Shown: one piece after another, positions 1 to 8,480 of the stretch
How the letters are laid out: the number at the start of each line of letters is the position of its first letter
Numbering within the stretch: the first letter of the stretch is position 1
From: Fimbriimonadaceae bacterium
GTDB lineage: Bacteria > Armatimonadota > Fimbriimonadia > Fimbriimonadales > Fimbriimonadaceae
Direction of reading: 5' to 3'
Length of the DNA: 64,000 nucleotides
Assembly (NCBI GenBank): GCA_041742595.1
Contig: JBGSIJ010000003.1
Coordinates: forward strand, 107,409-171,408
Notes under the pieces: generated by a model
Told to the model about the DNA's origin: nothing
The model's database searches: none
Seen by the model: the letters and a program-made list of their open reading frames with translations, nothing else
Made by a program: the position numbers and the translations under genes

Positions 1-198
1 CTTGAGCGTGGGGTGATCGACGGCTCCACGATGATGGTCGGCGACCGAGCCGTGGACTTGGCGGCGGCGCGAGAGAATGGGATTGCCGGCGTTGGAGTTC
101 TCTGGGGGTTCGGTTCGCGAGAGGAACTGCTGGCAGAGAGACCATCCCGTCTCCTTCAGGACCCGAGCGATCTGCCAAGTCTGGCGCCGCTGCCTTGA
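1..198 (+). CDS. HAD-family hydrolase (phosphoglycolate phosphatase-like), C-terminal fragment; 5' end lies outside the window
   Basis: The frame is open from base 1. The C-terminal motif GDRxxDLxAARxxGIxGVGVLWGFG is typical of HAD subfamily IA enzymes (Gph-like). Confidence 0.55.
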   Translation, partial: LERGVIDGSTMMVGDRAVDLAAARENGIAGVGVLWGFGSREELLAERPSRLLQDPSDLPSLAPLP

Positions 199-258
199 AG
201 AGTAGAAAGCAAGGCATTGAAGGGGGTTCCAACCGGATAGAATTCGGCTGAGGCAAAC

Positions 259-813
259 ATGGCGGTTACCAAACTCAATATCAATGGCGCAGTTCGATCC
301 GTAGACGTCCCGGCAGACATGCCACTCCTCTGGGTGTTGCGAGACGTGCTCGACCTGACGGGATCGAAGTACGGTTGCGGGATCGGGGTGTGCGGAGCCT
401 GCGCGGTGCTGATCGACGGGGAGGCCCGTCGAAGCTGCATGGTAACAGCAAGCGAGGTCGGGACCGGGAAGGTCGTGACCATCGAGGGAATCTCCAAGGA
501 TGGTAGCCACCCGCTACAGAAGGCCTGGATCGAGCACGACGTTCCCCAGTGTGGATACTGCCAGGCAGGGCAGATCATCGCGGCCGCTGCGTTGCTGAAG
601 GCCACCCCGAGGCCCACGAAGGCAGATTTGGATCTGGCAATGGGCGGGCACATCTGCCGATGCGGCACCTATCAACGCATCCAGGAAGCCATCCTTGCGG
701 TGGCAAGCGCCGCGCCCGTTGCGGTCAAGCCAACCGCAAAGAAACCCGCCGCTAAGCCGGCGTCCAAACCCGTCAAGCCCGCCAAGAAGTCGGGTGGGAA
801 GGTGATGGCATGA
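259..813 (+). CDS. (2Fe-2S)-binding small subunit of a molybdenum hydroxylase (IorA/CoxS-like)
   Basis: Two Cys clusters are present, CGxGxCGAC (plant-type 2Fe-2S) and CGYCxxG...CRCGTY (second 2Fe-2S). The length, including an Ala/Pro/Lys-rich tail, and the position directly upstream of a MoCo large subunit both fit. Confidence 0.85.
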   Translation: MAVTKLNINGAVRSVDVPADMPLLWVLRDVLDLTGSKYGCGIGVCGACAVLIDGEARRSCMVTASEVGTGKVVTIEGISKDGSHPLQKAWIEHDVPQCGYCQAGQIIAAAALLKATPRPTKADLDLAMGGHICRCGTYQRIQEAILAVASAAPVAVKPTAKKPAAKPASKPVKPAKKSGGKVMA

Positions 814-2855
814 GCGATCGAACCGAAATCACGCGTCGTAGCATCCTCAAACTGATGGGTGGAGCCGGAGCCAGCTTCATGCTCGGCAGCTTCAGCCTCG
901 CCTGCGCCGACCCGCTCCAGAAGTCGGGAGCCGCCGCCGGGCCGAGCTTTGTCCCCAATGTTTTCGTCAAGATCGATCCGGATGGCCAGGTGACGATCAC
1001 CGCAAGCCGATCCGACATGGGCCAGGGCATCCGCACCACGTTCGCGATGCTCGTGGCCGAGGAGATGGACGCGGACTGGAGCAAGGTCAAAGTCGTTCAG
1101 GCCCACGCGGACGCCGCCTTCGGCGGCCAGGGCACCGGCGGCAGTTCCAGCGTCACCAGCTCGCATCGACGTCTCCGAAAGATGGGCGCAACCACGCGGG
1201 CGATGCTGATCGAGGCAGCTGCCAAGACTTGGAACGTCGAGGCCAGTACCTGCCACACCGAGCCCGGCAAAGTTGTCCACAGCTCGGGCAAGTCGCTGAG
1301 TTACGGTGAGTTGGCGGGCGCCGCTTCCAAGCTCCAAGTTCCAACCGGAGACATTCCTCTCAAGAAACGGGCCGACTACCGGATCGTGGGCAAGCCCAAG
1401 AACCGGGTCGACAACCCAGCGGTGGTCACCGGCAAGGCGATCTACGCCCAAGACGTCAAGGTTGCCGGCGCCCTCTATGCGGTGATTGCGCGACCTCCAA
1501 AGTACGGCGCGACTCTGAAATCCGTCGACGATGCGGCCGCTCGCAAGGTGGCGGGGGTTGTGGACGTGGTCCGAGTGTCCAGCGGGGTCGCGGTTGTGGC
1601 CAAGAACACCTGGGCGGCGTTCCAGGGGCGCGACGCTCTGAAACTGGTCTGGGACGACGGCCCCAACGCCGGGGTGACCAGCGCCACCCTTCTGACCTCC
1701 CTCAAAGCGGCGGTTGGCCCGCATCGGGAGATGCCGGAAGGGAAGGTGGTCAGCGGAACCCTCGATTTCCCCTACCTGGCTCACGCCACGATGGAGCCGC
1801 AGAACGCGGTTGCCGACGTAAGGGAGGATTCCTGCACGATCTGGGCGCCAACCCAATCTCCGGAGGGCGTCCTCGGAATGGCCACGCGGCTAACCGGCTT
1901 GCCCAAGGAGAAGGTCCGCGTCAACGTCACGTTGCTTGGAGGAGGCTTCGGGCGCCGGTTCGATAGCTCGTTCGTGCAGGAGGCGGTGGAGATCTCCAAA
2001 GCGGTCAAGAAGCCGATCAAGCTCCAGTGGACCCGCGAGGACGACACCAAAAACGATAGCTATCGGCCCATGAGCCATCACGCCTTCCAGGCGACGCTTG
2101 GCCCTGACGGCATGCCCCTTGGTTGGAGCCACCAGGTCCTCTACGCGGGCGGCTGGGGGAACGGCAAGTTTGAGGGAGCCAACATCCCCTACGAGATCCC
2201 CAATTCCGGCCGAATGCAGAAGAGCGTAAACGCGCCGATCCCGGTTGGGGCGTGGCGCTCGGTCGAACACTCCCAGATTTCGGTTACCGACGAGTGCTTT
2301 ATCGACGAGTTGGCGAAGGCGGCCGGGCAAGATCCCTACCAGTACCGGCGCAAGCTGATCCGAAACCCGCGTCTCCTTGCGGTACTGGACCTTGCCGCCC
2401 AGAAGGCTGGCTGGGGCAAGCCGTTGGCCAAAGGCCGGGCGCAAGGCATCGCATGCTTCGAGGGCTACGGCTCCTACGCGGCGCACGTCGTGGAACTGAG
2501 CATTGTGGACGGCGAGGTCGTAGTCCACAAAGTGGTGTGCGCAGTCGACTGTGGCCTCGCCATCAATCCCAAGGGAGTCGAAGCGCAGATCCAGGGAGCT
2601 GCCTCCGATGCCCTCTCGACTTCGCTAAAGGCGAGGATCACCATCGAGGGCGGCGCGGTTCGACAGAGCAGCTTCTCCGACTACGAGTGGCTGACCTTCG
2701 ACCAGATGCCAAAGGTTGAGACCCACATCATCAGCGGTAGCGACGAGCCGGGCGGCATGGGTGAAGTTGGCTACCCTGGAGCGGTTGCGGCAACCGCCAA
2801 TGCGGTGGCTGCCCTCACGGGCTCCCGACCACGGCGTTTCCCGTTGCGTGTCTAG
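810..2855 (+). CDS. Molybdopterin-dependent oxidoreductase large subunit (aldehyde oxidase/xanthine dehydrogenase family, IorB-like) with a Tat signal
   Basis: There is an N-terminal twin-arginine motif, RRSILKLMGGAGASFMLGSFSLA. The 681-aa length fits, with a-b hammerhead and MoCo-binding regions. The ATGA start overlaps the small-subunit stop. Confidence 0.85.
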   Translation: MSDRTEITRRSILKLMGGAGASFMLGSFSLACADPLQKSGAAAGPSFVPNVFVKIDPDGQVTITASRSDMGQGIRTTFAMLVAEEMDADWSKVKVVQAHADAAFGGQGTGGSSSVTSSHRRLRKMGATTRAMLIEAAAKTWNVEASTCHTEPGKVVHSSGKSLSYGELAGAASKLQVPTGDIPLKKRADYRIVGKPKNRVDNPAVVTGKAIYAQDVKVAGALYAVIARPPKYGATLKSVDDAAARKVAGVVDVVRVSSGVAVVAKNTWAAFQGRDALKLVWDDGPNAGVTSATLLTSLKAAVGPHREMPEGKVVSGTLDFPYLAHATMEPQNAVADVREDSCTIWAPTQSPEGVLGMATRLTGLPKEKVRVNVTLLGGGFGRRFDSSFVQEAVEISKAVKKPIKLQWTREDDTKNDSYRPMSHHAFQATLGPDGMPLGWSHQVLYAGGWGNGKFEGANIPYEIPNSGRMQKSVNAPIPVGAWRSVEHSQISVTDECFIDELAKAAGQDPYQYRRKLIRNPRLLAVLDLAAQKAGWGKPLAKGRAQGIACFEGYGSYAAHVVELSIVDGEVVVHKVVCAVDCGLAINPKGVEAQIQGAASDALSTSLKARITIEGGAVRQSSFSDYEWLTFDQMPKVETHIISGSDEPGGMGEVGYPGAVAATANAVAALTGSRPRRFPLRV

Positions 2856-2856
2856 G

Positions 2857-3834
2857 ATGCGCGAGATTCTGGATGGGCTGGAGTCCTGGGCCGCGGCCGG
2901 CCATCGCTTTGCGGTGGCCACGGTGGTGGAAACCTGGGGCTCCTCTCCGCGTCCGGTTGGCGCGATGATGGCGGTTCGAGACGATGGCTTTACCATCGGC
3001 TCGGTGAGCGGCGGTTGCGTCGAGGGAGCGGTCACCCACGAGCTTGGCGAGTGCCTGGCCAATGGGCGATCGAGGGAGCTTAGGTTCGAGGCGATCTCCA
3101 ACGAACAAGCGTTCCAGGTCGGACTCTCCTGTGGCGGTGCCATTCGCCTATGGCTGGAGCCAGACCCCCATCGAGCCGCTCCGCAAGCCTGGAACGAACT
3201 TCTGGCCGCCTCCCGAGAAGGGCGGGCTGGCGCCACGATCATCTGGTTGGATACCGGGGAGCGCGCCTGGCGTCATGCGGAGCACCTGCCCGACGCCCTG
3301 CGCAGCCGGGCGGAAGGTGGAGTCGTCGAGGTCGATGGACGCCAGGCGTTCGTCCATCGGCTCGAGGTCCCTCCGCGCCTGATTATCGTGGGCGCGGGGC
3401 ATCTCTCTATCCCGCTCGTTGCCCTTGCGCAGGTTTTAGGCTTCCGAACGGTGGTGGTGGACCCTCGATCCGCCCTCGCCAATCCGGACCGCTTTGCGGT
3501 CCGACCAGACGAGATCCACCCTGTCTGGCCCAAGGCGGCATTCGAGAGCCTAGAGTTGCGGTCGGACGACTCCGTGGTGGTGCTGACCCACGATCCCAAG
3601 ATCGACGACGTGGCCCTCGCCATCGTCCTCAAGAGCCCGGTCCGCTACATCGGCGCGCTCGGCAGTCGCGGGACCCAGGCTGGCCGACGCAAATCGCTGC
3701 TGGACCAGGGCTTCTCGGAGAAGGAAGTCGATCGGATTCACGGGCCGGTTGGTCTCGCGATCGGGGCCAAGAGCCCGGAGGAGATCGCGCTCAGCATTTT
3801 GGCCGAGGTTGTCCAGGTTCGGCGTGCGGGTTAG
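2857..3834 (+). CDS. XdhC/CoxI-family molybdenum hydroxylase maturation factor
   Basis: An in-frame ATG lies 2 nt after the large-subunit stop. Both XdhC_CoxI and Rossmann-like C-terminal domains are present (…ATVVETWGSSPR…; …IIVGAGHLSIPLVALA…). Confidence 0.8.
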   Translation: MREILDGLESWAAAGHRFAVATVVETWGSSPRPVGAMMAVRDDGFTIGSVSGGCVEGAVTHELGECLANGRSRELRFEAISNEQAFQVGLSCGGAIRLWLEPDPHRAAPQAWNELLAASREGRAGATIIWLDTGERAWRHAEHLPDALRSRAEGGVVEVDGRQAFVHRLEVPPRLIIVGAGHLSIPLVALAQVLGFRTVVVDPRSALANPDRFAVRPDEIHPVWPKAAFESLELRSDDSVVVLTHDPKIDDVALAIVLKSPVRYIGALGSRGTQAGRRKSLLDQGFSEKEVDRIHGPVGLAIGAKSPEEIALSILAEVVQVRRAG

Positions 3835-4402
3835 CGCGGTTGTTCCCGCGGCGGGCCTCAGCCGCCGAATGGGCGGACCCAACAAGCTCCTCCTCCCCTG
3901 GGGCGACCTCACCGTGATCCGGTCAACCGTCCTCGCCCTCTGCGGCGAGGTCGACGACATCGTGGTGGTGACGGGTCGAGATTCGGAAGCGGTCGCTCGG
4001 CAGGTAGGCGACCTTGCCAGAACGGTGTTCAACCCCTCCTTCGAACTCGGCGCCGGCGGTTCGATCGCCATCGGAGTGCTGGAGTGCAACCCGGAGGACG
4101 CAATCCTGATCGCCCTTGGAGACATGCCGGGCCTTCAAGCGGCGGTAGTACAAGCACTCCGAGAAGGGCTGGAATCCGCGGGCCCGGATGCCATCCGGCG
4201 CCCCCGCTACCAGGATGATCCCGATGTTCCTGGACACCCTGTCCTTTTCGGTTCTGGCTATCGGGACGAGATGCTGGCTCTAGAGGGCGACGATGGGGCG
4301 AAGGATATTCTTGCTCGGCATGCTCAGCTTGTCCGTGAGATTCTGTGCCCGGGATGCCTGCCCGACCTCGATCGGCTCAACCCCCTGAATCTAGACTTGT
4401 AG
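3824..4402 (+). CDS. MobA-like NTP transferase (molybdenum cofactor cytidylyltransferase MocA-like)
   Basis: A GTG start overlaps the xdhC end. The motif VVPAAGLSRRMGGPNKLLLPWG is typical of MobA/MocA. Confidence 0.7.
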   Translation: MRVSAVVPAAGLSRRMGGPNKLLLPWGDLTVIRSTVLALCGEVDDIVVVTGRDSEAVARQVGDLARTVFNPSFELGAGGSIAIGVLECNPEDAILIALGDMPGLQAAVVQALREGLESAGPDAIRRPRYQDDPDVPGHPVLFGSGYRDEMLALEGDDGAKDILARHAQLVREILCPGCLPDLDRLNPLNLDL

Positions 4403-5152
4403 CCGCAGGCCGTCGTAGGCCAGCCGCATCCCTTGCGGCATGCCTGCCTCGAAGTCATCGTGGTCGTAATCGCCGCTGAGGTGGGTGAAGTAGGTCGTCT
4501 TGGCCCCGATCCGGAGGGCGGCTTCCACCGCGGCCTCGTAGTGGAAGTGGTTGGGGTGGGGCTTGATCCGAACCGCGTCCAGGACAAGCACGTCCAGGTT
4601 CTCCAGGTGTTCGAAGGCCGTAGCCGGTATCTCGCTCACGTCCGTGATGTAGGCAAATGCGTTCAGGCGAATTCCCGTTACCGGAATGGAGCCGTGGAGG
4701 ACGTCGAAGAATCGAAGCTCCATGCCGCAGACGGTGGCCGATTCTGGCGTATCGATCAGATCGAAGCGCGGGACGTGGACCTCGGGAGGAAACTCGCGGA
4801 AGGCGTACGGATAGATGCGGCGAATGTCGGCCTGGTCGCTGGGCCGGGCGAAGACTTTCATCGGCTGCCCGGTGCGAATGCAGATCGAGCGCAGATCGTC
4901 CATTCCCATCACGTGGTCGGCATGGGTGTGGGTGATCAGCACGTGATCGATGTCGAAGAGGCGCTCGCGGTGCATCTGGAGCCGGAGCTCCGGAGCGCAA
5001 TCCACCAGGAGGTTGCCCTCTGGCCCGCGGAGAATGATGGAGGACCGAGTTCGGTGGTTCTTGGGGTTCGCAAGGAAGGCTTCGGGGTACTGGACGCCAA
5101 GCATTGGCACCCCATTGCTGGTGCCGGAGCCCAGGAACACCGCCTCCGCCAC
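4391..5152 (-). CDS. MBL-fold metallo-hydrolase (PhnP/GPMC-like)
   Basis: The HTHADH metal-binding motif is present, with an FLGSGTSNGVP N-terminus. The start is assigned to an internal GTG (V29) that overlaps the upstream stop by 1 nt, because the longer ORF would run into the upstream gene. Confidence 0.7.
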   Translation of the reverse strand: MAEAVFLGSGTSNGVPMLGVQYPEAFLANPKNHRTRSSIILRGPEGNLLVDCAPELRLQMHRERLFDIDHVLITHTHADHVMGMDDLRSICIRTGQPMKVFARPSDQADIRRIYPYAFREFPPEVHVPRFDLIDTPESATVCGMELRFFDVLHGSIPVTGIRLNAFAYITDVSEIPATAFEHLENLDVLVLDAVRIKPHPNHFHYEAAVEAALRIGAKTTYFTHLSGDYDHDDFEAGMPQGMRLAYDGLRLQV

Positions 5153-5760
5153 TAGATCTCGCCGGCCCGTTCCAAAACCACGCGCGCCACGATCACGCTG
5201 GGCACCTCGGCGTACTGGGCTAGGCGCTCCAGGCATCGGGCAAAGTTACGCTCGCCGGCATCGTCGAAGGTTTCCTGTCCCTTCCGGGCTTCCACGATGA
5301 CCTCGACCGCTTCCTCAAAGAACCGGGCTCGGTTTTGCGGCAAAGACTTGTTGGTGATCGCGGCGAACCGCCGCCCGAGTTGCTCGTAGACCTGGTCCCA
5401 ACTCGTACGTGCCGTAAGCTCCGTCCGCATCTTCTCCAGCGACTGTTGCTGGAGGCGGGCCCGCTCGACTTCGCGTCGCTTGAAGGTCTCGTAGTCCTCT
5501 TGGCTGGTGCCGTCGATGATCCGCACGCCAATCTGCTCATGGAGGAGCGAGGCCAGAGTCATCTCGATCAGGCGCTTGGTGGCGTTCACCTTTAGGTGGC
5601 CCGCAAGCTCAGAGTCTTGGGGGGGCAGGCCGAGCACAAGGATGCCGTCTTCGAGTGCGACGGGACGGCAGGCGTTCAAGGCCGCCCAGACGCCCACGCC
5701 GGTTACTCCGTTCTTGACCTTAGGCAGAGCTTCTGCCCAGACTTGCGCGACATCCGCCAT
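5152..5760 (-). CDS. Hypothetical protein with a DnaA-N-terminal-like domain
   Basis: The N-terminus VWAEALPKVKNGVTGVGVWAALNACRPVALEDGILVLGLPP fits the DnaA domain-I pattern. The rest is of unknown function. Confidence 0.35.
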   Translation of the reverse strand: MADVAQVWAEALPKVKNGVTGVGVWAALNACRPVALEDGILVLGLPPQDSELAGHLKVNATKRLIEMTLASLLHEQIGVRIIDGTSQEDYETFKRREVERARLQQQSLEKMRTELTARTSWDQVYEQLGRRFAAITNKSLPQNRARFFEEAVEVIVEARKGQETFDDAGERNFARCLERLAQYAEVPSVIVARVVLERAGEI

Positions 5761-5784
5761 TCTGATCCCGAGTTTACTTGGTTC

Positions 5785-6258
5785 TTACGCCGTCTCAGGA
5801 TCGAGCTCAAACGTGTGGACGAGGGTGCCCTGGACGGTCGCCGTTCCGGTCTTGTGGATCTCGGCAACGCGGTAGATTTCGGGGCTGCACTCGTAGTCGC
5901 CGATATCGTCCGGCAGAAACTCCAGCTTCACCATCAGGCGCTGCTTGAGCTCGGGGTCGGGCATCTCGTTCACGAGGACCACCCCGTTCTCCCCCAGCAG
6001 GTAGCGCGCCATCACCTTGCAACGGCGCGTGGTCTTGGCGTGGGCTTTGTTTGGCGTGAAGCACAAGGTAAAGAGGAGCAACAACGCGTAGGCCAGGATG
6101 ACCGCTCCGATCGCCATCATCCCGTACGCCATGTAGAGGAACGCGTCGGGGACGTCCTGGCGGCGCGAGGCGTACATCAGCCCGACCCCGCCCACCGCAA
6201 GCACGAAGGCGGTGGTGAAGAGGCTGAACAGGTTGCGTTCCGTTCTCGAGCTAAGCAT
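5785..6258 (-). CDS. Hypothetical membrane protein (2 TM plus C-terminal soluble domain)
   Basis: It has hydrophobic helices and coding-like GC3, and is co-oriented in the operon. Confidence 0.45.
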   Translation of the reverse strand: MLSSRTERNLFSLFTTAFVLAVGGVGLMYASRRQDVPDAFLYMAYGMMAIGAVILAYALLLLFTLCFTPNKAHAKTTRRCKVMARYLLGENGVVLVNEMPDPELKQRLMVKLEFLPDDIGDYECSPEIYRVAEIHKTGTATVQGTLVHTFELDPETA

Positions 6259-6323
6259 TGCCTTCCGTTATATCGCTTCCGCAAGAAGATCGGGACGCTA
6301 GGTCGAAAGTCCTAGGGCCTAAC

Positions 6324-6917
6324 CTAGTAATCATTCCTGACCTGGGGCTTCCGATCATCGTCCTCGTCGTAGATTCCTGCGCCGATGTGGGCAGTGTACG
6401 CGCCGAGCCACATTCCTTGGGTGACCGCCTGGCCCCGGGTTCCTTCGCCGGCCGCCTCGAAGACCGGTCGCGAGGTCTCGAACTCGAGGACGTTGTTCTG
6501 GTCGATCCTCATCCGCACGTAGAACCGAGCATCGTCGTAGTCCCATTCCCAGGATTGGGTCAGGAGGTCCTGCTGGCGGTTCACGGCGTACTTGGCGACC
6601 ACCTGGGCGTTGGCGTGGGTGGTCTGCAGTCCGGAGTTCCGGCTTCGATGCTGAGAAACCCCATAGACGAGTCCGCCCAGAATCGCGAAGAATCCGAACC
6701 CCATGACGCCGAACGAGATCGGGAGAAGGCCGGTATCGCCGCTGCTTCCGATTGCGCCGCTGCTTGGGTCCCGGGTGAGGACCGAGGTGTGGACGCCCGC
6801 GGTAGCGAACATAAACGAGAGAATCGCGCCGATCACAAAGAGCACGATTCCGCCGACCACCAAGAAGCCGGTCAGCCCCTCCTTGAATGCTTCTTTGCGC
6901 TGCAACATTCCGTCCAT
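6324..6917 (-). CDS. Hypothetical membrane protein (2 TM plus acidic C-terminal domain)
   Basis: The start was moved to internal M30 to avoid overlapping the convergent GNAT gene. TM segments: FLVVGGIVLFVIGAILSFMF and GVMGFGFFAILGGLVYGV. Confidence 0.4.
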   Translation of the reverse strand: MDGMLQRKEAFKEGLTGFLVVGGIVLFVIGAILSFMFATAGVHTSVLTRDPSSGAIGSSGDTGLLPISFGVMGFGFFAILGGLVYGVSQHRSRNSGLQTTHANAQVVAKYAVNRQQDLLTQSWEWDYDDARFYVRMRIDQNNVLEFETSRPVFEAAGEGTRGQAVTQGMWLGAYTAHIGAGIYDEDDDRKPQVRNDY

Positions 6918-6944
6918 CGTAGCCCAGAGAGTTACACTTCGGAC

Positions 6945-7496
6945 ATGGCCTTTGGATACCACGGCGAAAGAATCTGCCTCGTGCCGCTCGACCCGGACCG
7001 CCATCTGGAAAGCTGCTATCGCTGGATCAACGATCCGGAGATGACCCAGTACCTGGCCGTGGGCGACGAGCCGATGTCCCTAAGCGCGGAACGCAAGTGG
7101 TTCGAGGGCCTGGACAGCCGCGAGGGCAATGTCATGTTTGCGATCGAGACCCTCGATGGCCGGTACCTCGGCAATTCGGGAATCCACCAGATCGACCGCA
7201 AGCACGGGACGGCCATCACCGGTAGTTTCATCGGCGACGAGGTGAATCGTGGCCAGGGGTACGGAACCGATGCCGCCAGGCTGCGAACCTGGTACGCCTT
7301 CCACGTTCTTGGACTGCGGATGCTGTATTCCAGCCACCTGGAGGGCAATGCCCGCTCGGCCAGGATGCAGGAGAAGGCGGGCTATCGGGTGTGGGGAATC
7401 CGTCCCAAAGCCATCTGGAAGCGCGGACGCTTCGTGGACATCGTGGAGACCTACCTGAGTCGCGACGATTGGGAAGCGGACAACCCGGCTAGCTAA
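6945..7496 (+). CDS. GNAT-family N-acetyltransferase (RimJ/RimL-like)
   Basis: An internal ATG gives the 183-aa protein MAFGYHGERICLVPL… with the acetyl-CoA binding motif RGQGYGTDAA. Confidence 0.7.
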   Translation: MAFGYHGERICLVPLDPDRHLESCYRWINDPEMTQYLAVGDEPMSLSAERKWFEGLDSREGNVMFAIETLDGRYLGNSGIHQIDRKHGTAITGSFIGDEVNRGQGYGTDAARLRTWYAFHVLGLRMLYSSHLEGNARSARMQEKAGYRVWGIRPKAIWKRGRFVDIVETYLSRDDWEADNPAS

Positions 7497-8398
7497 GCCT
7501 GCTCTAGGATCGCGTGCCGCCATCCCCGTACGCTGACTCGGCAGCCCAGCACCCGCTGGCAGAAGAGGAAGCGCTCGAGGATGAGCGCGCCGTAGTGAAG
7601 CGTCTTCTCACGACCCGGCTCCATGCCCACGATCGCTCCTCGTTCGGCGTCGGTCATGGGCATCATCCAGCCCGCCGCCTTGCTGACTTCCTCGTAATCC
7701 AGCCAGGCCCCGTGAACCTTCTCTGGTTGCCAGGTGGTCATGCCCTCTCGGATCGAGACAAGGTTGGTGCCGGTCGCGCCAAGGACTACCGAGACACCCG
7801 CCTGGCCGGGGCGGTAGCCCAGCCCGATCAGGTCGTCGATCTGGGCGGACGCCCGAAGCAGGTGAGGAATGTCCAGCGATTCGCCGAACTGTCCACGCAA
7901 TCCTAGCGTGCCCACCGGATAGCTGCGCCGGAACTTGGTCGCCCATCCAGCGCCTTCCCGCACGGCGGTCGCCATCTCCGTGCTCTGGCCGCCGGGATCG
8001 ATGATGGAAAGAATCTGGTGGTCGCGGAACAGCGGGTCGCTGGCAACCGCTTTGAACCCGAAGTCGGCCTCGTCCTCCCCCGAAAGGACCTTGACGGGAG
8101 TGCCCTGCGCGGCGGCCGCCTCCAGGAACACGCTCTGGTTGGTGGCGATTCGTACCGCCATGGTGGCGAACGCCTGCACGCTTTGGCAGCCCAGGTCCTT
8201 CGCATCTTGCCAGAACTCCTGGATGGCAAGGAGGGAACTCTCCCGAGCGGTTTGGCTGAGCAGGCCGGTCTCCTTGGTGCCCGCCCCAAGCGAGGTGACT
8301 GCGGTGCGCTCCAGCACCGGGGTCCAGTCCAGACCCGTTCGTTCTTCGACGGTGAGGAGGACGGAGTTGGACCCCACGTCGAGCACGGCCTTTCGCAT
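7493..8398 (-). CDS. ppx: Ppx/GppA-family phosphatase (exopolyphosphatase / guanosine pentaphosphate phosphohydrolase)
   Basis: The N-terminal AVLDVGSNSVLL actin-like fold and the DPGGQSTE motif are present. Confidence 0.75.
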   Translation of the reverse strand: MRKAVLDVGSNSVLLTVEERTGLDWTPVLERTAVTSLGAGTKETGLLSQTARESSLLAIQEFWQDAKDLGCQSVQAFATMAVRIATNQSVFLEAAAAQGTPVKVLSGEDEADFGFKAVASDPLFRDHQILSIIDPGGQSTEMATAVREGAGWATKFRRSYPVGTLGLRGQFGESLDIPHLLRASAQIDDLIGLGYRPGQAGVSVVLGATGTNLVSIREGMTTWQPEKVHGAWLDYEEVSKAAGWMMPMTDAERGAIVGMEPGREKTLHYGALILERFLFCQRVLGCRVSVRGWRHAILEQA

Positions 8399-8480
8399 TT
8401 CGGAAGGCTACCGTTCCAAGGGATGTTCCGGTTGGTCGCGCCGATCCACCCGAACCACCCGAACCAGTATCCTCCCAACC

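Noticed and set aside
672-1856. Long antisense ORFs inside well-supported genes, for example 672-1856(-), 1890-2528(-), 10020-11216(-), 14841-17186(-), 28158-29003(-), 40540-41394(-), 43770-45080(-) and 55172-56968(+)
   Set aside because: They lie opposite genes with strong homology (MoCo subunit, rpsA, envelope protein, tricorn, nuoD, AI-2E/lutC, rpoA/rpsK). They are Arg/Gly/Pro-rich with low-complexity composition typical of stop-poor antisense frames in ~64% GC DNA. No RBS or conserved motifs are present.
5152-5236. Longer N-terminal extension of the MBL hydrolase ORF (start at 5236)
   Set aside because: It would overlap the upstream gene by 85 nt in the same orientation. The conserved MBL N-terminus begins at the internal GTG that overlaps the upstream stop.
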